Origin: a virus
Lineage: Duplodnaviria > Caudoviricetes
Virus record (IMG/VR): IMGVR_UViG_3300038443_001692
Span: 1-64,000 of that record
Length of the DNA: 64,000 nucleotides
Strand: one strand, 5' to 3'
The notes beneath the pieces are model-generated. The model worked only from the letters and a program-made list of their open reading frames with translations, made no database searches and was not told the origin of the DNA. Shown piece after piece: positions 24,445 to 33,900 of the stretch; within the stretch, counting starts at the first letter, position 1, and each line of letters opens with the position of its first letter. The position numbers and the translations under genes were made by a program.

Positions 24445-25659
24445 ATGGCATTCATCATCGACTCCAAGGGTGGCCAGCACGAAGTCAAGCTGGACGCATC
24501 CATCTATATCGAGGCAAAGGACCAGAAGAAGTCGGTCCCGCAGCTGCTGAACTCGAAGTACAAGGACATCGACCCCTCCAAGGGCTCGGCGTTCGCCCAG
24601 CTGTGCGCTTCGGAAGGCATCATCACCGCGCCCAAGGAGAACCCCTTCGGCCTGCGCGCGCCGACCATCGCCGAGATCCTCGACGGTACCAGCGGCTTCC
24701 AGTCGGCTGTGACCAACACCGAGCAGCGCGGTACGCCGTTCGGCACCCAGTCGCGCACCCTGTTCCCGGCCGCGCTGATCGCATATGTCGAAGCCCAGGT
24801 GGCCGTCGACCGCAAGTCCGACACCGTCATGTTCGAAGACATGGTGGCGCAGAAGTTGTCGATCGGCGGCGACGTGTTCGAACAGCCGATCATCAACTAC
24901 AACAACGGCAACGGTCCGCAGCAGGCCAAGCACCAGCGCATCGCGCAGATGGCTGATACGCCGACGATGCTGGCGATCACCACCAGCGACAAGTTCCGTC
25001 GTCTGCCGACCTACGGTATGGGCATCGAGATGTCGGCCCAGGCCGCCAAGGCTTCGACCATCGACACCTTGGCCTTCACGGTCAAGCGCTACCTGGAAGT
25101 CGAGAAAGACCAGCGCATCTACAACTACCTGTCGAGCCTGTGGACCGGCGACAACGACATGGTGACGGGTTCCATCCCGGTCGTGACCGCTTCGACGCTG
25201 GACGCAGCTGCCACCGGCGGCGTGATGACGCACAAGGCCTGGATGAAGTTCCTGGCGCGCAACCGCAAGAAGCGTCGCATCACCCACATCATCGGCGACA
25301 TCGACGCCTACCTGGCGTACGAATCGCGTACCGGCCGTCCGGGCCTGTCGGCTTACGATCCGCGCCTGTCGACCATCGACGCGCAGGTCGCGCTGCAGAA
25401 CTCGAACTTCGCCCAGGACGTGAAGTTCTTCCTGGTCGAGAAGGCTGTGGACGGCGGCCCGGTGCCGGCAAACACCATCTGGGCAGTCGACGCTTCGCAG
25501 GCGATCACGATGGTGACCAACACCGAAGCCGAATACACCGCGGTCGAAAGCTTCGTCTCGCGCCGCAGCGAGAAGATGGTCATGCACTGGTCGGCTGAAG
25601 TGTTCCGCTTCTTCGGCGATTCGGAGCTCAGCCCGTTCGACGCGCTGTACTTCGGCTAA
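24445..25659 (+). CDS. major capsid protein
   Basis: 404 aa, strongly biased codon usage, followed by a terminator; position in the head module. Confidence 0.85.
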   Translation: MAFIIDSKGGQHEVKLDASIYIEAKDQKKSVPQLLNSKYKDIDPSKGSAFAQLCASEGIITAPKENPFGLRAPTIAEILDGTSGFQSAVTNTEQRGTPFGTQSRTLFPAALIAYVEAQVAVDRKSDTVMFEDMVAQKLSIGGDVFEQPIINYNNGNGPQQAKHQRIAQMADTPTMLAITTSDKFRRLPTYGMGIEMSAQAAKASTIDTLAFTVKRYLEVEKDQRIYNYLSSLWTGDNDMVTGSIPVVTASTLDAAATGGVMTHKAWMKFLARNRKKRRITHIIGDIDAYLAYESRTGRPGLSAYDPRLSTIDAQVALQNSNFAQDVKFFLVEKAVDGGPVPANTIWAVDASQAITMVTNTEAEYTAVESFVSRRSEKMVMHWSAEVFRFFGDSELSPFDALYFG

Positions 25660-25674
25660 TCCAGCCGACCCCGT

Positions 25675-25698
25675 AAAACGGCCCTTCGGGGCCGTTTT
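25675..25698. terminator. intrinsic (bidirectional) terminator
   Basis: AAAACGGCCC-TTCG-GGGCCGTTTT. Confidence 0.9.
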
Positions 25699-25716
25699 TA
25701 TTGATAGCAAACCTCG

Positions 25717-25745
25717 TTGCCACCTGACAGTTTCCGTGGCACAAT
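25717..25745 (+). promoter_or_regulatory. sigma70-like promoter
   Basis: TTGCCA-17-CACAAT with TTTCCGTGG. Confidence 0.65.
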
Positions 25746-25773
25746 CCCTTGCACTCACCACTCAGGAGAATTT

Positions 25774-26082
25774 ATGAACATCGCAGACAAGAACGGCACC
25801 TGGTTGCAGAACGAGGGCCAGTACGCCATGGTCGACCCGATCTCCGGCACTCGCTTCGAACCGGGCGAGCCGATCAAGGCGACCCACACCCAGTGGGTCA
25901 AGGATCAGCCGACCATCAAGCGCTGCGGCGATCCGACGTCGGACCTGTCCGAGAAGGATGCGATCCGCCTGGCAGCTCAGAACGAGGCCGACGAGCGTGC
26001 ACGCCAGGAAGCGCTGGCCGCGGCCGAAGCCGCCCAGGCCGCCGCGCGCGGCGAGCAACCTGCTGGCGAGGTGCAGGCATGA
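25774..26082 (+). CDS. hypothetical virion-associated protein
   Basis: CAGGAG RBS. Confidence 0.7.
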   Translation: MNIADKNGTWLQNEGQYAMVDPISGTRFEPGEPIKATHTQWVKDQPTIKRCGDPTSDLSEKDAIRLAAQNEADERARQEALAAAEAAQAAARGEQPAGEVQA

Positions 26083-26321
26083 GCACCACCATGCGCGCAA
26101 AGCTGCAAATCAACCGCATCGAGCAGTTCGCCACCTGCGAAACCTTGCACTTCAACGCGGTCTGCGCCAAGTCGTACCCGACGGACGGCAGCGACGAGGA
26201 CAACACCTTCGCCAAATTCTCTCCCTCGGCGACCCTGCAGATCCAGATCACCAATCCGGCGCTGCTGGGTCAGTTCAAGGTCGGCGAGAAATACTACGTC
26301 GATTTCACGCCGGCCGAGTGA
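26079..26321 (+). CDS. conserved small phage protein
   Basis: N-x-x-FAKFSPS...ITNPA...FKVG-x-x-YYVDFTPAE family motif. Confidence 0.85.
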   Translation: MSTTMRAKLQINRIEQFATCETLHFNAVCAKSYPTDGSDEDNTFAKFSPSATLQIQITNPALLGQFKVGEKYYVDFTPAE

Positions 26322-26338
26322 TCCAGGCCGCGCCACAG

Positions 26339-26366
26339 AAAGCCCGCCCACGAGGCGGGCTTTTCT
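26339..26366 (+). terminator. intrinsic terminator
   Basis: AAAGCCCGCC-CACGA-GGCGGGCTTT followed by TCTTT. Confidence 0.85.
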
Positions 26367-26394
26367 TTGCCAGAAGCAATTTCTGTGCCACAAT
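26367..26394 (+). promoter_or_regulatory. sigma70-like promoter
   Basis: TTGCCA-16-CACAAT with TTTCTGTGC. Confidence 0.65.
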
Positions 26395-26415
26395 ATCTCC
26401 ATCCAAGGAGAAACT

Positions 26416-26901
26416 ATGGCCAATCTCGTCACCACCGACAGCGTGCGCGCCGTGCTGGGCGTCTCTGCCCAGGAACTGCCCGACAGCGTCCTGACCAACT
26501 CGATCTATTCGGTGCGCCTGAGCGAGGATCTGCGCGATCTGAATTCGCAAATGGTCTCCGATTTCATCACGATCTCGGCGCTCGCCAGCCCGACGCCAGA
26601 CCAGACGCGCTTCATCGACCTGCTGCAGACGTACGCTGCGTACAACGTGGCACGCCAGTGCCTGGTCTCCCTGCCGATGTTCGCGCCCCTCACGATCAAG
26701 GACGAGAAGGCCGAGCTCACGCGCAACGTCAACTCGTATGCGCAGCTCAAGACGGACGTGGGCGAGGTGCTGTCGATCATGCGCACGCGGTTGCTGACGG
26801 CGTACACGGCAGTGAATTCGTCCGCGCTGGCACCGACCGTGACCGACCGCGTGTTCGGCCTTGCAGTCGGCCTTGGTACCGATCCGGTCACGGGATCCTG
26901 A
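26416..26901 (+). CDS. head-tail adaptor/connector
   Basis: 161 aa, AAGGAG RBS, first gene of the neck module; function inferred from synteny. Confidence 0.6.
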   Translation: MANLVTTDSVRAVLGVSAQELPDSVLTNSIYSVRLSEDLRDLNSQMVSDFITISALASPTPDQTRFIDLLQTYAAYNVARQCLVSLPMFAPLTIKDEKAELTRNVNSYAQLKTDVGEVLSIMRTRLLTAYTAVNSSALAPTVTDRVFGLAVGLGTDPVTGS

Positions 26902-26903
26902 TC

Positions 26904-27743
26904 ATGGAATTTTCCGCCGTCGCCTCGTACTTCAACAACGATCCGGTGTACGACGCGTACACGGGCGCCTACCTGTTCAACTGCCATTCGAAGGCGAACA
27001 CGGACCAGACGTCGGCCGGCGCCACAATTCGCCGGCGATCGATGACGACGACCGTCGATGTGACCGCGCCGGCGCGCGGCGTGATCACGCTGCTGGGCGA
27101 ACCCTGGCTTGTGGGTAACAGCACGGTTGACAGCTTCCAGGGTGTGGAGGTGCGGCGTGTCTGGGACATCAAGCGCGGCACCAGCGCGCTGGAAATGCTC
27201 ACGCCGGCCCAGGCTTGCGCGGATGCCGAGGGCGTTGGGCTGTATGCCCAGAAGGAGCTGTACAAGGATTCCGGCAACCCGAAAGCGTACAGCGACTGGG
27301 ATCCGTTGTGGAGCATCTCCGTGGCGCGCGCGGAGGCTGATGGCGCGCGCGGCAAGTTCCTGCGCGAGGGCACCAAACTCTATCGGATCCGCGGCACCTA
27401 CGCCGAGATCAATGGCCTGGCCGTGCTGGAAGCCGACGAGCTCGACGCCGACGCGCGCCAGGACGCAACGTTCATCACGACCGGCCGGCTCGACCTGCAG
27501 ACCGACAAACTGGAGGTGATCTCAAACACCTTGCCGGTGGTGCAGGCTGATTCGCTCAAGTTCTACCGTTATCGCGTCCAGGCCGAGGCCGACAACCAGC
27601 CGGGCGACCGCGTGGTGTTCGTTGCGGCCGCCAGCATCGCACCGGTCCCCAACAGCGAGCTGACGATGATGGGCATGCGCTGGCGCGTGCTGACCACGAT
27701 CGTGGAGCAGGATGCGCGTGTCCTGCGCGTGAGGCCAGTGTGA
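26904..27743 (+). CDS. head closure / head-tail joining protein
   Basis: 279-aa beta-rich protein in the neck module. Confidence 0.55.
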   Translation: MEFSAVASYFNNDPVYDAYTGAYLFNCHSKANTDQTSAGATIRRRSMTTTVDVTAPARGVITLLGEPWLVGNSTVDSFQGVEVRRVWDIKRGTSALEMLTPAQACADAEGVGLYAQKELYKDSGNPKAYSDWDPLWSISVARAEADGARGKFLREGTKLYRIRGTYAEINGLAVLEADELDADARQDATFITTGRLDLQTDKLEVISNTLPVVQADSLKFYRYRVQAEADNQPGDRVVFVAAASIAPVPNSELTMMGMRWRVLTTIVEQDARVLRVRPV

Positions 27744-28288
27744 TCGCGGTGCGCGCGGATACGATCCGCCTGAACCTGCAGAAGCTCAAGGCCGTGCGCA
27801 AGAAGATCGCTGATACGGCCGACGGGCGCTTTCGCCAAAAGCTGTACTACCTGTACGAGCGGCTGGTGATCGTGTCGCCGCAATACTCGGGCGATTTCAC
27901 CAGCAACTGGAACATCGTCGTCGACGGCAACATGCCGGTCTACAAGCCGTGGCCCGGGAAGTTCGATCTGCCGATGCGCGCGCATACGCACGACAACGGC
28001 ACGACAGCCTACGCCGCGCAGCCGCACCAGGCCGGCGATCCGGAGGCGGTCAATTCCGCGAAGGCGCGCGGCGCGGCGCAGCTCCGCGGCGTGACGATGA
28101 AGAGCCGTGTGCACTTCGTCAACGCGACCGAGCTGCGCGTCGACGAGACCGGCCACCTGATGGAGGGGCCGGACGGCGTCGAGCGCCTGCGGCCGGAGAA
28201 CGTTATCCCGACCGGCACCAGCCTTGAGGTCTACGTCAAGACGCTGGCCCAGAACATCAAACCCAAACCACTGCCGGAGGCCGAATGA
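27740..28288 (+). CDS. tail completion protein (HK97 gp10-like)
   Basis: SPQYSGDFTSNW motif; position. Confidence 0.6.
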   Translation: MIAVRADTIRLNLQKLKAVRKKIADTADGRFRQKLYYLYERLVIVSPQYSGDFTSNWNIVVDGNMPVYKPWPGKFDLPMRAHTHDNGTTAYAAQPHQAGDPEAVNSAKARGAAQLRGVTMKSRVHFVNATELRVDETGHLMEGPDGVERLRPENVIPTGTSLEVYVKTLAQNIKPKPLPEAE

Positions 28289-28713
28289 GCGTCACCATGA
28301 ACCAGAGCCAGGCGCGCGCCGCGATCATGGCCATCGTCGATCAGATCGTGATCGATCACACCGACTATCCGCTGGTGGTCGAAACCACCAACCGTGCCGT
28401 GGTCAACCTTGCCACCCAGGCCGACCCGTTCCTGCAGATCAGCGTCCAGCACCTGCACGGCGAGCAGGCCGAACTTGGGTTCAATCCGAACATCCGGAAC
28501 GACGGCCAGATCCTCATCTCCGCGGTGGTCAAGGAGGGCGCCGGTGTGGCCGATGCCGAGGCGCTGCTCGACTTCGTGCTGCCCTATTTCAGCACCCAGG
28601 CGTTCGGTGTGCTGCAGTGCGAGGCGGCAGCGCGCGTGCGCGGCCGGTCCCACCTTGGGCTGTGGTATCAGCCGGCGATCGTGCCCTTTTACTATTTCAG
28701 CCCGGCACGCTAA
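28285..28713 (+). CDS. tail terminator protein
   Basis: 142 aa immediately before the tail tube gene; G...I...V.EG.G pattern. Confidence 0.65.
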   Translation: MSVTMNQSQARAAIMAIVDQIVIDHTDYPLVVETTNRAVVNLATQADPFLQISVQHLHGEQAELGFNPNIRNDGQILISAVVKEGAGVADAEALLDFVLPYFSTQAFGVLQCEAAARVRGRSHLGLWYQPAIVPFYYFSPAR

Positions 28714-28717
28714 ATAA

Positions 28718-28746
28718 ACGGCAAACAATTTACACGTGGCAATACT
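28718..28746 (+). promoter_or_regulatory. sigma70-like promoter of the tail tube gene
   Basis: ACGGCA-17-AATACT with CGTGGC. Confidence 0.5.
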
Positions 28747-28786
28747 TCTTTGTTAGACTCCGAGAAAATTTCCTCGGAGAATTGTC

Positions 28787-30028
28787 ATGCCCAACTTCGC
28801 AGCAGCCAATCGCGTTCAGCTGGCTTACGTGCCCGAATCCGTTTTCGGCACCATCCCGACCACCGGCAACCCGTATGCTCTGCGCACCACGGGCGAATCC
28901 CTGGCGTTCAACCTGACCAAGGAGAACGACAAGGAGATCAATCCGACGGCCCAGCTGACCTCCTCGACCACGACCGGTGCCCAGGCCGATGGCGACATCA
29001 AGGTGCACGTCCAGTACGCGGAATATGACCGCCTGCTGGCCGGCGTGATGCGCTCGAGCTGGAGCGCCTACGGCACCAACGGCGTCGGCACCACGTTCTC
29101 GGCTTCCGTCACGGCCGGTACGCTGGGCACGGTCGCTTCGGTGATCACCGCCGGCGCCGCGCCGACCGGTGCGAACGCATTCACGACCCTGAAGCCGGGC
29201 CAGTGGTTCCGCGTCAACATGCCGGGCGACCCCAACGACGGCAAGCTGGTGCGCAACTCGACCTCGGTTGCCGCTACCTCGACGACCATCACACTGGACG
29301 TCAACACGCCGCTGGCTGCCTCGACCTCGGTCGCCGGTAGCTCGATCGCGACCTCGCGCCTGACCAACGGTGTCACGCTGCAGCCGTTCACGATCGAGAA
29401 GCAGATGCTGGACGTGGGCCAATACCACACCTTCCGCGGCATGAATGCGTCGAAATTCTCGACCACGTTCGCCTCGAAGTCGCTGACCGAAGCCACGTTC
29501 ACTTTCCTTGGCAAGGACATGCTGGCCAACACGTCGACCCAGCTGACGGGCACCGTGGCCGCTTCGAACACGTACGACATCCAGAACGGCGTGCGCGGCC
29601 TGGGCCAGCTGTGGGAAGGCGGCGCGCCGCTGACCTCGACCTCGATCAAGTCGGTGTCGATGGACATCGACAGCGGCTTGCGCGCGCAGGACGCGGCCGG
29701 TACGCTGGGCCTGGTGGGCGTCGGCATTGGCACCTTCAAGGTGACCGGCAAGCTGACGGTCTACTTCGCGACCGGCGCGCTGTACGCCAAGTTCCTGGCC
29801 GACACGTACACCTCGTTCGTGATCGCGACCCAGGACACGGCCGGCAACGGCTACGTCATCACCGCGCCGAAGGTCATGCTGACCAGCGGTAAAGTGTTGG
29901 CCGGCGGCCAGGATACGGATATTATGGCCGAGTTCGATTACACGGCGTACGCGGACAAGACGAACGCTGTCGCTGCCCTGCAGCAGACGCTGTTCATCGA
30001 TCGCGTGGGTGCCGCAGTGGCGCCGTAA
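28787..30028 (+). CDS. major tail tube protein
   Basis: LAYV.E..FGT.P...LR.TGESL N-terminus; 413 aa; followed by a terminator and the chaperone gene. Confidence 0.88.
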   Translation: MPNFAAANRVQLAYVPESVFGTIPTTGNPYALRTTGESLAFNLTKENDKEINPTAQLTSSTTTGAQADGDIKVHVQYAEYDRLLAGVMRSSWSAYGTNGVGTTFSASVTAGTLGTVASVITAGAAPTGANAFTTLKPGQWFRVNMPGDPNDGKLVRNSTSVAATSTTITLDVNTPLAASTSVAGSSIATSRLTNGVTLQPFTIEKQMLDVGQYHTFRGMNASKFSTTFASKSLTEATFTFLGKDMLANTSTQLTGTVAASNTYDIQNGVRGLGQLWEGGAPLTSTSIKSVSMDIDSGLRAQDAAGTLGLVGVGIGTFKVTGKLTVYFATGALYAKFLADTYTSFVIATQDTAGNGYVITAPKVMLTSGKVLAGGQDTDIMAEFDYTAYADKTNAVAALQQTLFIDRVGAAVAP

Positions 30029-30055
30029 CAGTTCTCAGGGGTGGGAAGTGGGTGT

Positions 30056-30085
30056 GGGCGCGGCTTCGGCCGCGCCCTTTTTATT
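30056..30085 (+). terminator. intrinsic terminator
   Basis: GGGCGCGGC-TTCG-GCCGCGCCC-TTTTT. Confidence 0.9.
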
Positions 30086-30097
30086 TCCTGCGGGATC

Positions 30098-30126
30098 TTG
30101 ACAGGTGGCAAGTGTTTCTCCAAACT
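30098..30126 (+). promoter_or_regulatory. sigma70-like promoter
   Basis: TTGACA-17-CAAACT. Confidence 0.65.
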
Positions 30127-30158
30127 GACACCTCCCAAACCCACCAGGAAATTTGAAC

Positions 30159-30596
30159 ATGGATATCTTTGCACAGTACGCGACCGACCCGAAAGCCGAG
30201 CTGGAGGGCCGTGAAGTTTCGTGGGGCGGTGGCATCACCTTCCTGATCGCGCGCGCCCACAACCCGAAATACACGCGCATGCTGGCACAGCAGTTCGAAG
30301 CGCACAAACATACCCTCGAGCAGAAAGACAGCGACGAGCAGCTGGCCACGGCCGAAGACCGTTCGAACAAGATCATGGCTTACGTCATGGCCCGTTCGAT
30401 CCTGCTGGGCTGGACCGGTCCGGTCGAGTACCAGGGCCAACCGCTGCCGTACAGCGTCGCGAATGCCGAGAAGCTGCTGCTGATCAAGGACTTCCAGGTC
30501 GAGGTGACCAAGAAGGCGAACGACTTCCGCAACTTCCGCGTGAAGGCCGAGGAGGCGGACGAAAAAAACTCGCCGACTACCTCCGCTGGGACCTGA
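30159..30596 (+). CDS. tail assembly chaperone (gpG-like)
   Basis: between tube and tape measure genes; F-x-IARA-x-NP-x-Y motif; CAGGA RBS. Confidence 0.85.
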   Translation: MDIFAQYATDPKAELEGREVSWGGGITFLIARAHNPKYTRMLAQQFEAHKHTLEQKDSDEQLATAEDRSNKIMAYVMARSILLGWTGPVEYQGQPLPYSVANAEKLLLIKDFQVEVTKKANDFRNFRVKAEEADEKNSPTTSAGT

Positions 30597-30904
30597 CCTG
30601 GGGCCCGCAGCTGGATTACCTGCTCCAGCTGCAGGAAGACCTGGGGCATCCGCCCCAGGCGCTGGCTGAGCGGCCGGTGCTGGATTACCGCCAGTACCAC
30701 TACTACACGGCATACCAGACTCTCTCTCGAAGCCGTAACGTGAGCATGGCAGGTCCGCTGCCCATACCGATGTCCGAGATCTTGTCGTACTGCTTGATGT
30801 TCCAAATAGACAACCTGACAGAACGAGAGCGTATCCTCAGATTCGTGAACCGGCTTGACAGCACCTACCTTGAGCACGTGGCCGCTCAACAGGCGAAAAA
30901 GTAG
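30563..30904 (+). CDS. -1 frameshift extension of the chaperone (gpGT-like)
   Basis: slippery A AAA AAC at 30563-30569 in the G frame; the -1 frame is open to 30904. Confidence 0.8.
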   Translation, partial: KKLADYLRWDLTWGPQLDYLLQLQEDLGHPPQALAERPVLDYRQYHYYTAYQTLSRSRNVSMAGPLPIPMSEILSYCLMFQIDNLTERERILRFVNRLDSTYLEHVAAQQAKK

Positions 30905-30919
30905 TACCTGGCAGAAAAC

Positions 30920-30948
30920 TTGCTTCATGGAAGCCCCCGTTAGATAAT
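30920..30948 (+). promoter_or_regulatory. sigma70-like promoter of the tape measure gene
   Basis: TTGCTT-17-GATAAT. Confidence 0.5.
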
Positions 30949-30972
30949 GGCAATCTAACGGGGGCTTTGCTT

Positions 30973-33900
30973 ATGAGCGACAATATTGATATTCCAGTCA
31001 CAGCCAGTGGCGATGACGACGTCAACAGGGTAACGTCGGCGGTCGATCGCCTGACGGCGGCCATGGAGCGGCTCGGCAGCAACTCGGCCCTCGACCGGCT
31101 GGCCGAGCAGATGCAGCTCATGCAGGCCACCATGGTGACTGGCTTCGCCAATCTGGCCGCGACGTCGGACAAGATGCTGCAGGCCCTGGCCGGGCGCCAG
31201 GTGGCGGCCATTGAGGCCGGCGCCGAGAAAGCAACAGCCGCGATCGAGGCGGCCGGCCTGCGCATGAAGGCGGCCGACGCACGCACGTGGGAACAGTTTG
31301 GGCGCGGCTCGGCAGCCAACGTCACAGCGGCGTTTTACCAACTTGCCAAGGATATTCCGGTTGAGGCTGTCGAGGCACGATTCGGCCAGATGGCCACGTC
31401 GATGGCACAAGGTCTCGACGGCCAGCTGGCCAAGCTGCGCCAGTTCCAGGAGAACGCCAAGTCCCTGTATCTGACCGACTACAAGCCGATGGCCGGCGCG
31501 ACGAAGGCCGACAACATCATCGACCTGGCGAAGGAAGAGGAACTCGCCGTGCGCTGGGAACGCATGCTGGAAGAGCAGCGCGATAAAGTGCTGGCCGGGG
31601 AAGCCCTCTTTGACGCGACGGTTGCGAAGATGGGCGCTGAGCGCGTCGCGCAGCGCGCGCTCGACCTGGCGCGCGAGGAGGAAATCGCGGTGCGCTGGGA
31701 GCGCATGCTGGAAGAGCAGCGTGACAAGGTATTGGCCGGAGAGGCGCTGTTTAACGCGACGGTCGCCAAGCTGGACGCTGAGCGGGTCGGGCAGCGCGCG
31801 CTGGACGCCGCACGCGAGGAAGAAATCGCCGCGCGCTGGGAAACCATGCTGCAGGCTCAGCGCGACAAGGAGCTGGAAGGCGAGGCCGTGTTCAACCGCG
31901 CTGTGGCCAAGCTGCAGGCTGATCGACTTGCCGCCGCCGAAGCGGCCGCCGAGCGCCAGCGCACCCTGAACACGAACTACCTGACAGCCAGCCCGGCCGC
32001 GCAGGTGCGTACGGCCACGCAAGCCCAGACTTATGCACAGCTGGGCGGCGACGCCGCGGCGCGCTACGGCAGCGCAGCGGCCGGCGCCGACGCGCTTGCC
32101 GCCGCCGAAGCACGTCTCGCCACCAGCTCGCGCGGTGCGGCCGCCGCGCAGCTGGAAATGGATGGCGTGCTGCGCCAGGTCGAAGGTGCTTTCCGCGGCG
32201 CCGCGCACGAAGCTGGCATTTACGGCCTGCACCATGGCCAGCTGATCGCACTGCTCGCCGGCGGCGCCGTCGCGGCCGGGCTGCACCACATCGCTGAGAC
32301 CGGGGCCGAGGTGGAATTCCAGCTGGCATCGCTCAACGCGCTGGCCGGCTCCATGACGAAAGTCGACCTGAACCAGTTCGTCGCTATCACCTCCGGCACG
32401 ATGACCAGCCTGACGGACGCGGCCGAAGGCGTGCATGCGCTGGCCCAGGCTGGCCTGGACCAGAAGGCTGCCTATGCCGCGCTGCCAGACGTCATGCGGC
32501 TTGCGTCGCTGGGCGAGATGACGGTGGCGCAATCGGCCGAGATGGCCGTCGAGTCGATGCACGCCTTCGGCAAGAGCATCACGGACCTCGGCGCCATCGG
32601 CGACATCCTGGTCGCGGTCGGGTCGAAGGCGAACGTGTCTGTGCACACCCTTGCCGAGGACATGAAGAGCGCGGCCGTCACCGGCGCCATGTTCAACCTG
32701 AACATGGAAGAGATCACGGCGACCGTCGGCGCGCTGGCTGAGCGCGGCCTGACGATCCAGCCGTTGTCGTCCGCGCTGATGAAGCTGTACGAGCCGAGCG
32801 ACAAGACCGCCAAGGCGATGCAGGCCCTGGGGCTGTCGACGAAGGATGCCTCTGGCAACCTGAAGACGTACACCGTTTTCATGGAAGAGCTGGCCGAGAA
32901 AGTCGCGCAGTTCAAGGTCCCGGCCGACATCTTCAAGCAGCTGGGCATGTCCTCGCGCGACAGCAAGGCAATTGAGGTCATGACGCAGGACTTCGAGGGA
33001 TACAAGCACCTGCTGCACGAGGCACAGGATGCCCACGGCAAGATGTTCGATGCCATGACGGCCAAGGAAGACACCGTCGAGGGTACGTGGAAGCGCCTGG
33101 GCAGCACGGTCCAGGGTTCGCTCGTCACCGCGTTCGACAACGCCAGCCCGGCCCTCCAGCATCTCGAAGAAGAGCTGCTGCGCGTGACCGGCGTGGGCAG
33201 CGACTTCCAGAAGAGCCTGTCGGCCATCGTCGCCGGCTTCGCGCGGCTCGCCGAGACCGTCGTCACCGGCATCGGTCCGCTGGCCGCGCTGGCCGGCGCC
33301 TACGTTGCCCTGCGCGTTATTTCCAGCGCCGCAACCTGGACCGCGGAATTCGCGGCAGCCCAGCGCCTGCAGGCGGAAGCCTCGCTCGCCGGCGCCGCCG
33401 CGCTGCGCACTGAGTCGACGCAGCTGGAACTGTTCGCTGCAGCCGAGAATGCGGCTGCTGCCGGCGGCGCTCGGCTTGCGCTGACGACGACCGAGGTGGC
33501 CGCCGGCGCGCGCCTGCTGGCGTCTGCATTCGGCTGGATCAGCCTTGCGGTGGTGGGCGTGACGACAGCGATCGACCTGATGGGCGGCGCGATGACGGAG
33601 AACGAGCGCGAGCACCTGAAGCAGCAGAACACCTACGACACGACGAGCGATGCGATCACTCGGGAGATCGAGCGCCTGAAGGGTCTCGAGGACCAGTTGC
33701 GCAAGACCGGCGAGACCGGCACGGCCGCCGCGGCCGCTGTGATGCTCTCTTTCGCGCAGATGGAAGAAGGCAACGCCAAGGCGGATCTCGAGAAGGCCAA
33801 GCTGGCCGCGCCGAAGATCACGGCCACGACCGGAATGTCGATGGTCGGTGGCCTGGCCCCGACGGTCAGCGCGGATGTCACGGTGCGCCAGGCCGCGCTC

